This document shows, piece after piece, positions 29,433 to 38,938 of a stretch of DNA of 64,000 bases (its first letter is position 1; each line of letters begins with the position of its first letter). The translations under genes were made by a program, and so were the position numbers. The notes beneath the pieces were generated by a model. The model saw only the letters and a list, made by a program, of their open reading frames with translations, did no database searches and was not told the DNA's origin. Source of the DNA: an uncultured Pseudomonadales bacterium (GTDB lineage: Bacteria > Patescibacteriota > Microgenomatia > UBA1400 > UBA12028); NCBI GenBank assembly GCA_964635905.1, contig CAZWPK010000003.1:2459-66458 (forward strand). Reading direction: 5' to 3'.

Positions 29433-30218
29433 ATGGCCTCTATTCAAGAAATTTCTCAAGCAATCCTCATTAATCCTCTTTTTGAATATTTGAAGTTTTT
29501 ATACGGTCAGACCGGCAGTTTTGGCATGGCCATCATCCTTTTAACGGTGTCTATACGGACTGTTTTAGTGCCTTTCACGCTTCCAACCCTGAGGTCCCAA
29601 AAGAAAATGAAGCTGCTAAAGCCTCAAATTGATCAATTGAAAGAAAAATTTAAGAAGGACCCCAAGAAACTACAACAAGCCCAAATGGAATTGTTTAAGG
29701 AACACAACATAAACCCGATTGCAGGTTGTCTCCCCTATATCGTGCAGTTGATTATCATTTTTGCACTCTATAACGTGCTGTCGCACTTTGTTTCCCGAGC
29801 TTCCTCTGAGGGACTTACAATAAACACGTGGTTTTTGGGATGGGATTTAGCTCATCCAGATCGTTTTTATATCATTCCAGTCTTGGCTGCCCTGACCCAA
29901 TTTGTTCTCTCACTCATGCTTCTGCCTGGGATTGAAAAACATGACTTAGTTCCAAACAACAGTAAAAAAGTGAAAGTTCAAACCGAGAATAAGCGAGAGA
30001 CTAATTCTCAACAGATGGCAGAAACAATGCAAAAACAAATGGTTTTTATGATGCCAATCATGACTGGACTTTTTGCACTTCGATTCCCTGCTGGACTCGG
30101 ACTGTATTGGATAGTCACCACAATCTTTAGTATTGCTCAACAATGGGTGATTTCAGGCCCAGGAGGTCTCAAAAATATCGTTTCCCAAGTTAAAAGTAGA
30201 CTGCCACTACAACAATAA
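29433..30218 (+). CDS. yidC: Membrane protein insertase YidC (short form)
   Basis: The protein has multi-TM 60-kDa-IMP-like topology, sits in the rnpA-yidD-yidC-jag context and has a basic C-tail. Confidence 0.85.
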   Translation: MASIQEISQAILINPLFEYLKFLYGQTGSFGMAIILLTVSIRTVLVPFTLPTLRSQKKMKLLKPQIDQLKEKFKKDPKKLQQAQMELFKEHNINPIAGCLPYIVQLIIIFALYNVLSHFVSRASSEGLTINTWFLGWDLAHPDRFYIIPVLAALTQFVLSLMLLPGIEKHDLVPNNSKKVKVQTENKRETNSQQMAETMQKQMVFMMPIMTGLFALRFPAGLGLYWIVTTIFSIAQQWVISGPGGLKNIVSQVKSRLPLQQ

Positions 30219-30230
30219 TTGAGGAGAATT

Positions 30231-30665
30231 ATGACAACACAAGATTTTGTACAGCAATTACTTGCCCACATGGGGATTGATTCCGCCACAGTGACGCTAA
30301 TCGATAGTGAAGAGAACTTAGAGGTCAACATCGCAGTTGATGAGACTGAAAGCGGCCTCCTAATCGGTCGTCATGCCGAGACACTCGAAAGTCTTCAACA
30401 TTTAGTTCGCCTTCTCTATCAAAAAGATATTGAAAAGCCAATCTCCGTCAATATTAACGATTTTCGACAAAAAAGAACGGACTATTTATCGGAGCTTGCC
30501 AGTCGAGTAGCAGAGCGTGTGATTTCTTCAGGCCGTCCGCAAACCTTGCGCCTACCAGCCTCAGAACGACGCATTATTCACATGGTACTAGCAGATCATG
30601 ATCAAGTTCGTACCGAATCGGAAGGCGAAGGCACCTACCGAGTTCTTAAAGTTTTCCCCAAATAA
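30231..30665 (+). CDS. jag: Jag/KhpB-like R3H/KH RNA-binding protein
   Basis: A GAGGAG RBS precedes the ATG at 30231. The track start at 30219 is a TTG. A C-terminal R3H-like region and the gene context support the call. Confidence 0.8.
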   Translation: MTTQDFVQQLLAHMGIDSATVTLIDSEENLEVNIAVDETESGLLIGRHAETLESLQHLVRLLYQKDIEKPISVNINDFRQKRTDYLSELASRVAERVISSGRPQTLRLPASERRIIHMVLADHDQVRTESEGEGTYRVLKVFPK

Positions 30666-30683
30666 TCCACAATGGTGGATAAA
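30663..30683. promoter_or_regulatory. Inverted pair of DnaA-box-like 9-mers
   Basis: TAATCCACA lies at 30663-30671 and GGTGGATAA at 30675-30683 (the reverse complement of TTATCCACC). They face each other 3 nt apart. Confidence 0.3.
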
Positions 30684-30688
30684 CAAAA

Positions 30689-30712
30689 GGACAGGCCTCC
30701 CTGTCCTTTTTT
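30689..30712 (+). terminator. Rho-independent terminator after jag
   Basis: The stem GGACAGG pairs with CCTGTCC around a 4-nt loop and is followed by TTTTTT. Confidence 0.55.
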
Positions 30713-30760
30713 AATGCCAAAAATTGCGCTTCAAAGAGACTAAGGGTACACTACCAATCT

Positions 30761-31168
30761 ATGACGTACCACATTCACACCGACGGAGGGTCTAGAGGTA
30801 ATCCAGGACAAGCTGCAATAGGATTTGTTATTCAAACTGAAGACGGTCAAACGGTGTTTGAAAAAGGAGAGAAAATTGGCATCACAACCAACAATGTAGC
30901 CGAGTATACTGCAGTGTTGTCTGTCTTAAAATACTTGACTGACTCCCCTGTCAAACCTTCCCTTGCGAAGTTCTTTCTTGATTCTAAGCTTGTGGTGGAG
31001 CAGATCAACGGGAACTATCAAATAAAACAGCCACATCTACAGTCCTTATGTCTTGAAATTTTACGACTTAAAAGAGCTCTTCCCTTCACTACCCTGTTCT
31101 CACATGTCCCAAGAAAAGAGAATGCTCAAGCCGATGCCCTCGTCAATTTAGCTCTTGACTCTTCCTAG
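30761..31168 (+). CDS. rnhA: Ribonuclease HI
   Basis: The start MTYHIHTDGGSRGNPGQAAIGFVI and the C-terminal ENAQADALVN region are diagnostic. Confidence 0.85.
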   Translation: MTYHIHTDGGSRGNPGQAAIGFVIQTEDGQTVFEKGEKIGITTNNVAEYTAVLSVLKYLTDSPVKPSLAKFFLDSKLVVEQINGNYQIKQPHLQSLCLEILRLKRALPFTTLFSHVPRKENAQADALVNLALDSS

Positions 31169-31394
31169 TCTTTCTGCACTCTTTTTTCCACTCAAGATTA
31201 AATAGCTAAGCTCAATGTTTTAGACGGATACATCCACCTTTTCCCCGTGTTATCCAGAATTAAAAAACGTGTCGGAACAGCGTAAGACATGTGTATAAAA
31301 CGAACAAAACAATAAAAGAGGTATTCGTGAAAGGTTGGCCTTATCAAACCTCGTCTTGCAGGGGGTGACTTCTGATGTGTAGGCTAACAAGGAT

Positions 31395-34049
31395 ATGGTC
31401 AAACGGTTTAGAACCACCATTGAAGATCAACCTCAAGTTCTTGTCATTGCTCCACAGGGGCAAATTGTGCAGGAGTTGTTAGAGAACCTTCGCGCTCTTC
31501 ACCTAGAAGGACAGTGGGTATCTCCAGAGGATCCGCTATTTGAACAGGGAAGTGTTAATCGTTTTTCAAAAGCTTTTGCCATTATTTGGTTGGATATGCC
31601 GGTGTTTGGTGATCAACAGTTAAAAAAATCCAAAGGCCTTCATCTAATCAACTCACTACAAAGCTTAAAAACACCAATTTATTATGTGTGCTTTGACGTA
31701 ACCCATAAACGTCAAAAAAAGTCGATTTCAATTGATCCTACGTGGGCGGGTGAGTACCTACAGCGTTTAGTAATTCAATCAGTTCCAAGTAGTTGTGTTC
31801 TTGAATACCAACACGTGTTCTATCCATTTGAAGGAGGATTGTCGATCGTTCAACGCTACATCAGTGAAAAAATTTCAGCAAACCTTAAAGGGACATTGGA
31901 AGGGGAATTCAATCCACTGTGGTATCAAACAGTTATTGAACATATTGTAAAAACCGTGTGTTCTACGGATCCAAAGTCTGGAAGGTGGGCAGGGGAGACG
32001 GAAATTACCCTAAGTGGCTTTGAACATGAACTTCGAAAATCACTACAGTTTCCATCCAGCCGGGGACAGAAACTTGAATTCCCGTATATTTTCCCCCAAA
32101 GTGAAACCCTTCCCACGTTACCAACAAGTGACATGATTTCTGAGGTCAGTCTCTCATTCCCAAAATTCTCATTTTTATCGAAGAACACCGACCAAAACAG
32201 TACCAAAGAGCCCGTTTCTGTCCTTCCTATCCCGAAGCGTGATCACACCAAAAAGGTTACGATTTCACCGTTGGTACGAAAACTTTTCTTGTTGCTGATT
32301 GTCGGAGGAGTGGTTTTGTATGGTGCGTTATCCCTAATTGTACTGACCAGTTTTAATCAGATTCGAACGGATATCGCAACGTATCTTGTCACAAACCAAC
32401 CCGATAAACTCCCCACTCGGCAACATCTTAGCTTAACAACAACCATCAACGAGTATCTTCCGATTCCCTATCAACTTATTGGAGTTTCTGTTTCCAGAAG
32501 GGAAGTGGGTCAGTTCTTGTCTCACATCGAGACTTTACGGGACGGAATGACGGAGTTTGAGATAGGAGATACGTACTCTGCACAGTTGTATGAAGAAATT
32601 GTAGGGAAACGTTCATCCTCTAATTTTTCTTCACTCAGGCAAGCGATTCAAGCCTACGATCGTTCTTATCAACAACTATCATCAATTCAAGCCAGAGTAA
32701 CCCCACAACAAGAGCTTTTAAACATCGTCGAAGGGTCGAGTGAATTCTCAACCCAGTTCCTTCAAGATATTAGTTCTATTCGAGAAAACCTGACAATTAC
32801 AAAAACATTCCTTTCTTCGCTAGAAACATTTTTATCCGCCCCCATTCGCAATGTAGCCATCGTTGTGGTTGAGCCCACATCCCAGCGTTCATTGGGCGGT
32901 GTCCCAAAAGAAGTAACGCTATTACGTTTTGAAAAGGGGCAATTATTTCAGACGCAGTCCTATCCAAGCGAGGAGTTAGACCAAATGTTGAAGGGAAGCG
33001 TTACCCCTCCTATCGAATGGAAAAATCTAGGAAAAGAATTTTGGAATCTTTCCGAAGGGGCATTTAGCCCCGATGGTCCAACTGCAGCAAAACAGGTTGG
33101 CTGGTTTCTCTCAAAACAACTTCAACAGGAAGTAGATGCGGTGATTGTAATCTCCACAGACGGTTTAGTACGACTACTAGGGGCCACTGGTGAAATTTCT
33201 GTAAACGGCGCATTCATTTCGTCGAACACGGGCAAAGTTTTTTTTGAGACATTATCACAACAGGAGCAAGATAACTCTGGTACTGGTTGGGGAAGGGTAG
33301 GAGAAGCTGTTGTCGCATCACTCCAGCAAAAGGAACAAATGCTGAAGGCAGCCCCAATTTTTAAATCTATCTTTGAGCAATCGCAAGGAATGATCTTTGT
33401 GAAAGATGCTTCGATTGCTTCTGCTCTCTCTCCCCTAGGCTGGGACGGGGCAATTGTGACCCCTTCATGTCCAACCACCTTTGCAAAATCAGACTGTCAA
33501 ATTGAATACGCTTCACTCTGGGAACATGAGTTTTCTGCAACTCCCAGCGCCATGGCGATTTCTCGAACGATGACGGAGGAAGTGGAGATTTCTTCACAAG
33601 AGATACTCCATCATCGAACCATCTTGTATCAACATACCGCGTTAGGATCGCAAAAGGACGCAACCTATCAAGCGTTGGTGAAGTTTATTTCAAGCAACAC
33701 TGCACAAATTGACTCCATTACTATTGGGACTGTTCCACTAAACACCTCTGACTACCAAATTAGCAACGAATTTGGAAAGACAGTTTTAACGTTTCAACTG
33801 CGTGTTCCACCAAAAGCCCAAGTACCAGTGGAAATTCGCTATAAGACCGATCTTATTCGTCCTGGAGGATCCTTGGTCTTTTACGAGCACAAACAAGTAG
33901 GAATGCCAGCAATTCCGCTCGTCTTGACCACCTCTTATCAAGGGGATTACTATCCAAAGACTATCGCCCCTGCAGCACGTATCGAAACAAACAAAGTAAC
34001 ATTCTCCGCTCTCCTCGATAGACACCGTATTTTCGCATTGGGTTTTTAA
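31395..34049 (+). CDS. Large bitopic membrane protein (hypothetical; DUF4012-like extracytoplasmic domain is a guess)
   Basis: The 884-aa protein has a single TM at about residues 295-317 (LFLLLIVGGVVLYGALSLIVLTSF). This splits a ~290-aa N-terminal domain from a ~560-aa C-terminal domain. Confidence 0.45.
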   Translation: MVKRFRTTIEDQPQVLVIAPQGQIVQELLENLRALHLEGQWVSPEDPLFEQGSVNRFSKAFAIIWLDMPVFGDQQLKKSKGLHLINSLQSLKTPIYYVCFDVTHKRQKKSISIDPTWAGEYLQRLVIQSVPSSCVLEYQHVFYPFEGGLSIVQRYISEKISANLKGTLEGEFNPLWYQTVIEHIVKTVCSTDPKSGRWAGETEITLSGFEHELRKSLQFPSSRGQKLEFPYIFPQSETLPTLPTSDMISEVSLSFPKFSFLSKNTDQNSTKEPVSVLPIPKRDHTKKVTISPLVRKLFLLLIVGGVVLYGALSLIVLTSFNQIRTDIATYLVTNQPDKLPTRQHLSLTTTINEYLPIPYQLIGVSVSRREVGQFLSHIETLRDGMTEFEIGDTYSAQLYEEIVGKRSSSNFSSLRQAIQAYDRSYQQLSSIQARVTPQQELLNIVEGSSEFSTQFLQDISSIRENLTITKTFLSSLETFLSAPIRNVAIVVVEPTSQRSLGGVPKEVTLLRFEKGQLFQTQSYPSEELDQMLKGSVTPPIEWKNLGKEFWNLSEGAFSPDGPTAAKQVGWFLSKQLQQEVDAVIVISTDGLVRLLGATGEISVNGAFISSNTGKVFFETLSQQEQDNSGTGWGRVGEAVVASLQQKEQMLKAAPIFKSIFEQSQGMIFVKDASIASALSPLGWDGAIVTPSCPTTFAKSDCQIEYASLWEHEFSATPSAMAISRTMTEEVEISSQEILHHRTILYQHTALGSQKDATYQALVKFISSNTAQIDSITIGTVPLNTSDYQISNEFGKTVLTFQLRVPPKAQVPVEIRYKTDLIRPGGSLVFYEHKQVGMPAIPLVLTTSYQGDYYPKTIAPAARIETNKVTFSALLDRHRIFALGF

Positions 34050-34114
34050 TTGTCTCCAGAGAGTGCCTGTGGTACAATCAGCTCTTACCAAATCAAGATA
34101 CTTGAAGGAATTGT

Positions 34115-34789
34115 ATGACTCAACAACGCCAGACCTTATTGGCAAAACCTCGTACCGTTATCGGACGACAGGTTAAACAACTTCGAACAGCTGGATTAAT
34201 CCCTGGCAACATCTACAGTAAAGGTCAAGAATCGCTGGCCTTAAGTGTTGATGCCAAAACCTTCTTAAAGACGTATAGTCAAACAGGTGAGACTGCTTTA
34301 GTGGACTTGACAGTTGAAGGTGAAACCAAAGCACGACCCGTTCTCGTCCGTGGAGTTTCCCGACATCCAGTCTCAGGCACAATCATCCACATTGATTTCC
34401 ATCAAGTGAACTTAAAAGAAAAGATCACCGCCATGATTCCGGTGGAATCAATTGGTGAATCTGAAGCGATCAAGAATGGTGGAGTATTAGTGCTCCCTTA
34501 CAGTGAAATTGAAGTAGAAGCCTTGCCAACCGATCTTCCAGAGAAATTTGAAGTTGATATTTCTAAATTAGCTGCAATTGGCGATACCGTTACCATTGCT
34601 GATCTTTCCTATAATCGTCAAGCAGTTGAGATTCAGTTAGCGCAAGATGATGTGGTCGCAACGGTGCAAGCTCAAGAAGAAGAGCAAGTAGAAGAAGTCG
34701 TAGCTGAACCTGTCGAAGTGGAACTAACCAAGCAGGGAGCAACGAAGGAAGAGGAAGAAGCTGCAGCAACAGAAGCAAAAGCAGAATAA
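34115..34789 (+). CDS. rplY: 50S ribosomal protein L25 / general stress protein Ctc with acidic C-terminal tail
   Basis: The start reads MTQQRQTLLAKPRTVIGRQVKQLRTAGLIPGNIYSKGQESLAL. The tail is Glu/Ala-rich. Confidence 0.85.
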   Translation: MTQQRQTLLAKPRTVIGRQVKQLRTAGLIPGNIYSKGQESLALSVDAKTFLKTYSQTGETALVDLTVEGETKARPVLVRGVSRHPVSGTIIHIDFHQVNLKEKITAMIPVESIGESEAIKNGGVLVLPYSEIEVEALPTDLPEKFEVDISKLAAIGDTVTIADLSYNRQAVEIQLAQDDVVATVQAQEEEQVEEVVAEPVEVELTKQGATKEEEEAAATEAKAE

Positions 34790-34812
34790 CTCTTTACATT
34801 TTGACTCAATAA

Positions 34813-34837
34813 AAGGACAGGGAAACTTGTCCTTTTT
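34813..34837. terminator. Bidirectional intrinsic terminator between convergent genes
   Basis: The hairpin is AAGGACAGG-GAAA-CTTGTCCTT with a GNRA-type loop. A T-run follows on the plus strand and an A-run on the minus strand. Confidence 0.45.
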
Positions 34838-34846
34838 AGTATTCAA

Positions 34847-35239
34847 TTATAAAAACTTTTCTTGAGCAGTTTTCACAAGCACAGAATTGGGATCAAGGCG
34901 TTGGAGTTCTTGTACGACCGAATCAATGGTAGCTTTATCATGAAGCCGGTAGGAAATTTCTGCCAGAGAAAATAAGACATCCCTGGATGTGGGGTGGGAT
35001 TGACGGAGCGTCTCAAGTTTCTGTTTTTCCAAATAGAGCGTATCTATCTGAGACTGTAGGGAGGAGCGCTGCTGTTCATATGCAAGATGCTTCGTTTGGT
35101 ACGTGCTAACTCCCACAATGAGCCAGAAACCGATCAAAATACTGAAGACAAAGATGCCTTTTTTCGCAACAACTACCGCGGGTGCCGTAAGAATGCGCAC
35201 TACTGTAAGGGTCCAGAAAAACCAGAATCGCAATTGCAT
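34847..35239 (-). CDS. Hypothetical membrane protein (two TM helices plus coiled coil; FtsB/DivIC-like possible)
   Basis: The ATG at 35239 gives MQLRFWFFW.... The track start is a TTG at 35281 that overlaps the end of valS. Confidence 0.35.
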   Translation of the reverse strand: MQLRFWFFWTLTVVRILTAPAVVVAKKGIFVFSILIGFWLIVGVSTYQTKHLAYEQQRSSLQSQIDTLYLEKQKLETLRQSHPTSRDVLFSLAEISYRLHDKATIDSVVQELQRLDPNSVLVKTAQEKFL

Positions 35240-35265
35240 GATAAAAGTATAGCAGTCAATGTCCT

Positions 35266-37560
35266 CTAGGGAGATGGCCAAGAGCTGGTAATCAAGTAGT
35301 CTTCCGTTACCAAACCGTTGTTATTCCACTCCTGCCAGATTGCTTCAGTCACGAAGGGGATAAATGGATGCAGTAGCTTAAGACAGGTCATGAAAACCGT
35401 TGTTAACACATAAAAGGTTACGGCTTTATCCTCACGTGACTTCGTCTGTTCCAAGTAGTCACTGGCAAAGCGATTCCAGACAAAATCATAGATTCCTAAT
35501 GCAGCATCAGAGAATCGATACGCTTCAAGCTGGGTGGTTGTCTCTGTTACAAGTTTTTCCAGTTCGGAAAGTAGGGCAGAATCCTCTGGTGTAATCTTTT
35601 CGTTGGCCGTCGGATCCAACGTTTCGGGTTTAGAAAGCACAATAAAACGTGCGATATTCCAGAGTTTGTTGCTAAAGTTTCGGTATCCTCGGACTTTGTT
35701 TTCAGACAGGGCAATGGGATTTCCCGGTGCGGATCCTGCTACTAACGCAATCCGTAATGCATCAGCGCCATATTTTTGGACTAAATCAATAGGGTTGATT
35801 ACATTCCCTTTACTCTTACTCATCTTCGCGCCTTTTTCATCGGTGACCATGGAGTGAAGGTACACGGTAGAGAAGGGAACTTCTCCAGTGCGATAGAGCC
35901 CAAACATCAACATTCGAGCAACCCAAAAGAATAGAATATCCCACATTGTATCGAGGACTTGAGTAGGATAAAAGCGTTTGAAGTCATTCCCATCGGGAAA
36001 CCCTAACGTTGTTAACGGCCACTGTCCTGAAGAAAACCAAGTGTCAAACGTGTCCGTTTCAGGAAGGAAATCTTCCCCAGGAGAAGAATCTGAGACCACA
36101 TAGGTCGCTCCTACTGGTGCCCGCAATGTCTGGAGACCAGCTTTGATTTCATCCAGTGACACTGGGGAGGAGGACTGATGGTAAAGTTCTTCAATTGTTC
36201 CCGAGATTCGTTCGTTGTTTGCGTTTAAGAACGTGACGTGTACTAACGGGTTATCCGTGACGTTATACCAGACCGGGATTCGAATGCCCCATACAATCTG
36301 TCTTGAAATTGGCCAGTCGCGAATGTTCTCCATCCACTGAAAATAGGTTTGTTCAAAGCGTGCGGGGACAAAGGTCACTTTTTTCTCTTTTGCAGCTTTA
36401 ATGGCTGGTTTTGCAAATTCTTTCGTAGATACAAACCAGTTCGGCATGACCATGGGTTCAATATCGCCGCCAGTTTTGTAGTCTACGGCAACGTTGTGCA
36501 CATAGTTTTCATCAATCTTCTCCATCATTCCGTTTGCAATCATGTCTTCCACAACAAGCTTTCGTGCTTCCATGACTTTCTTGCCATGGTACTTTTGGGC
36601 ACGAGCGACATATTTTGGATCGGCACTAGCGATATTTTCTGGAGTCAAAAAGTAACTTAGATCCATGCGACCAGAAAAGTCGATAATAGGGGTAACGGGG
36701 AGGTGGTATCTCTTGCCCAGGGCAAAATCATGTGCGTCATGGGCTGGCGTCACTTTCATTACCCCTGTTCCAAACTCCATATCCATCTCTTCGTCAGCGA
36801 TCACATCCATTTCTACCGTCCCAAGTAAACTTTGAAACGAGATTTTCTTTCCAATCCACTCTTTGTAGCGTGGGTCGTCGGGATGCACTGCCACTGCGGT
36901 ATCGCGAAATTTTGTTTCCGGTCGAGCGGTGGCAATCACAAACGGTCCATACTTGATGTAATAGAGTGCGTCTCTGCGTTCCACATACTGCACTTCCAGA
37001 TCAGAGAAGGTGGTTCCCGATTTGGGAGAGTAGTTCACGATATAGTTATCGCGATAGACGAGACCATCGGTTACCATTTGTTGGAAGGTATCGTAGACAA
37101 CACTGACCACTTTTTTGTCTAACATGAACGTAGAGCGCGACCAATCACAGGAAAAACCCAATGACTTGAGTTGATCAAAGATGACCCCAGAATTGTCTTG
37201 AACAAACTGATGAATATCTTTATAGAGTGTCTCCCGATCAAACTGGAAACGAGACTTTCCTTGTTTGCTTAAGTGCTTCTCATACACATACTGGGTTTCA
37301 AAACCCGCATGATCCGTTCCCGGTAACCAAAGGGTGGGTTGTCCCAACATACGATGGTAACGAACCAAAATGTCCTCAATCACAAACATGGCATGTCCTG
37401 CATGCAGAGAGGCGTTCGCATTGGGAGGAGGTAACAAGATGGTATACGGATCTTTAGAGGTATCAGCGTTTAGCTGCGTGTCTGGATTAAAAGCTCCGGA
37501 TTCTTCCCAAAGTTTATAAATAGTGGACTCGTGGTCTTGAGGAGAAAAAGTTGAGGTCAT
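35266..37560 (-). CDS. valS: Valyl-tRNA synthetase (short form without C-terminal coiled coil)
   Basis: The HIGH motif (PPPNANASLHAGHA) and KMSKS motif (KMSKSKGN) are present, along with editing and anticodon-binding regions. The protein is 764 aa. Confidence 0.9.
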   Translation of the reverse strand: MTSTFSPQDHESTIYKLWEESGAFNPDTQLNADTSKDPYTILLPPPNANASLHAGHAMFVIEDILVRYHRMLGQPTLWLPGTDHAGFETQYVYEKHLSKQGKSRFQFDRETLYKDIHQFVQDNSGVIFDQLKSLGFSCDWSRSTFMLDKKVVSVVYDTFQQMVTDGLVYRDNYIVNYSPKSGTTFSDLEVQYVERRDALYYIKYGPFVIATARPETKFRDTAVAVHPDDPRYKEWIGKKISFQSLLGTVEMDVIADEEMDMEFGTGVMKVTPAHDAHDFALGKRYHLPVTPIIDFSGRMDLSYFLTPENIASADPKYVARAQKYHGKKVMEARKLVVEDMIANGMMEKIDENYVHNVAVDYKTGGDIEPMVMPNWFVSTKEFAKPAIKAAKEKKVTFVPARFEQTYFQWMENIRDWPISRQIVWGIRIPVWYNVTDNPLVHVTFLNANNERISGTIEELYHQSSSPVSLDEIKAGLQTLRAPVGATYVVSDSSPGEDFLPETDTFDTWFSSGQWPLTTLGFPDGNDFKRFYPTQVLDTMWDILFFWVARMLMFGLYRTGEVPFSTVYLHSMVTDEKGAKMSKSKGNVINPIDLVQKYGADALRIALVAGSAPGNPIALSENKVRGYRNFSNKLWNIARFIVLSKPETLDPTANEKITPEDSALLSELEKLVTETTTQLEAYRFSDAALGIYDFVWNRFASDYLEQTKSREDKAVTFYVLTTVFMTCLKLLHPFIPFVTEAIWQEWNNNGLVTEDYLITSSWPSP

Positions 37561-37568
37561 GAAAAGAA

Positions 37569-37769
37569 CTACCGCACACTTTGAGCAAACGCTTGTAATG
37601 ATTGGAATGGAATGGATTTTAGTCTAGGATCTTGGATAAATGAGGATAAGTTCGATTCGTCTCGTCTCTTGGCAGCAACTAACGCAATTAGAACTTTTAA
37701 TTGATCAGCTGAAGCTTCTGGGAAACTATTTTTTACAACGACCTCTGGAGCGATTTCGTTTGTTCTCAT
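37569..37769 (-). CDS. Small upstream ORF before valS (hypothetical, 66 aa)
   Basis: The ATG is at 37769 with an AGGAAG motif upstream. The stop lies 8 nt before the valS ATG. Confidence 0.2.
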   Translation of the reverse strand: MRTNEIAPEVVVKNSFPEASADQLKVLIALVAAKRRDESNLSSFIQDPRLKSIPFQSLQAFAQSVR

Positions 37770-37851
37770 AGGCTTCCTATTTTACCGCTAAACGCCATAA
37801 ACGTCACCTATCTTGCGAAGAAGGGGTAAAATACTGGTAAGGAGAATTTGT

Positions 37852-38610
37852 ATGTTGCTTTTTCTTGTTGTTGTCATTGCGGTTGCATTATTATTCTGGC
37901 TTACTTCCCTCAAGCAAATTAATCAGTTTGAACGTGGAGTTGTGTACAGCTTTGGAAGATTTACTGGAATCATGGAACCAGGTTGGCGTTTCATGTGGCC
38001 GTATGTTCAACAAGTGACCAAAGTAGATATCAGAACCAAGGCAGTAGAAGTTCCGAAGCAGGAAGCCATTACCAAAGACAATGTACAAGCGAAAGTTACG
38101 GCTGTTATTTACTACAAAGTAGTTGATCCAGCCAAAGCCATCAATGAAGTCGAAAACTATTACTATGCAGTCTCACAGTTAGCACAAACGAGTATGCGTA
38201 ACGTGATTGGTTCGACAACTTTGAATCAGCTCCTCGCAGAGAAGTCTCACATTGCAGAACAAATTCAAAAAGACATTGATCGAATCTCGACCAGTTGGGG
38301 AGTCGATGTCCAAGCAGTGGAACTCAAAGACATTGAGCTCCCAGAATCAATGATCCGGACAATGGCCAAGCAGGCAGAAGCTGAACGTGAACAGAAAGCC
38401 ACAATCATTGCCTCCGAAGGGGAAGTGATTGCTGCAGAAAACCTAGCTAAAGCTGCTCAGATGATGTCTGCATCTCCAGGAGCACTACATCTGCGAACAT
38501 TAAACTCAATTAATGATATTAGTTCCGATCAAAGTAACACTGTCGTCTTTGTAACCCCAATAGAAATTCTACGTGCTATTGATGGGTTTACAAAAACTAT
38601 TCAGAAATAA
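37852..38610 (+). CDS. SPFH/band-7 (stomatin/prohibitin-like) membrane protein
   Basis: The SPFH core (EVPKQEAITKDNVQAKVTAVIYYKV...) follows an N-terminal TM. An AGGAG RBS precedes the ATG at 37852. The track start is a TTG at 37813. Confidence 0.8.
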   Translation: MLLFLVVVIAVALLFWLTSLKQINQFERGVVYSFGRFTGIMEPGWRFMWPYVQQVTKVDIRTKAVEVPKQEAITKDNVQAKVTAVIYYKVVDPAKAINEVENYYYAVSQLAQTSMRNVIGSTTLNQLLAEKSHIAEQIQKDIDRISTSWGVDVQAVELKDIELPESMIRTMAKQAEAEREQKATIIASEGEVIAAENLAKAAQMMSASPGALHLRTLNSINDISSDQSNTVVFVTPIEILRAIDGFTKTIQK

Positions 38611-38616
38611 TTAGTT

Positions 38617-38886
38617 TTATCTTCGACCGAGGAACGTTCTTGCAAACCAACCTGGGGGCTTTGGGCTAAAATTCAATCGGTCTGAATGATCACCTCTATC
38701 AGAGTTATCAAATTTACCTTCAGTACTAACCTGACCACCTTTTGTTCCATTGTCGAGATTATCAAGAATTCTATTTCCGGCAATATTTACAGCTTTTGTA
38801 CTTGCTGCATGATCAGCCCTGCTTAAAGCATCTGCATTAGCAGCGTCTTGACCACTAATTTCTCCATCATGTCTTCCAAATGGCAT
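38617..38886 (-). CDS. KGG-repeat-like small stress protein (hypothetical)
   Basis: The product reads MPFGRHDGEISGQDAANADAL...GTKGGQVSTEGKFDNSDRGDHS. An AAAGGGGA RBS precedes the ATG at 38886. The track start is a TTG at 38904. Confidence 0.4.
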   Translation of the reverse strand: MPFGRHDGEISGQDAANADALSRADHAASTKAVNIAGNRILDNLDNGTKGGQVSTEGKFDNSDRGDHSDRLNFSPKPPGWFARTFLGRR

Positions 38887-38938
38887 ATCATCCCCTTTTC
38901 TCAAATATGTTACTTACAATCCAACATAACACAAAAGT

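Noticed and set aside
30219-30230. N-terminal extensions from TTG/GTG starts in the ORF track (jag 30219, SPFH 37813, GT4 8322, CPBP 12862, RNase J 11432, RpiB 24035, KGG 38904, 34847-hyp 35281)
   Set aside because: Internal ATG codons with recognisable RBSs and canonical protein N-termini lie downstream, so I trimmed the starts. The longer forms cannot be excluded without conservation data.
37561-37851. Possible T-box riboswitch leader upstream of valS
   Set aside because: No T-box consensus (GGGTGGNACCGCG) or specifier-loop architecture is visible by eye on the minus strand. I retained only a weak uORF observation.
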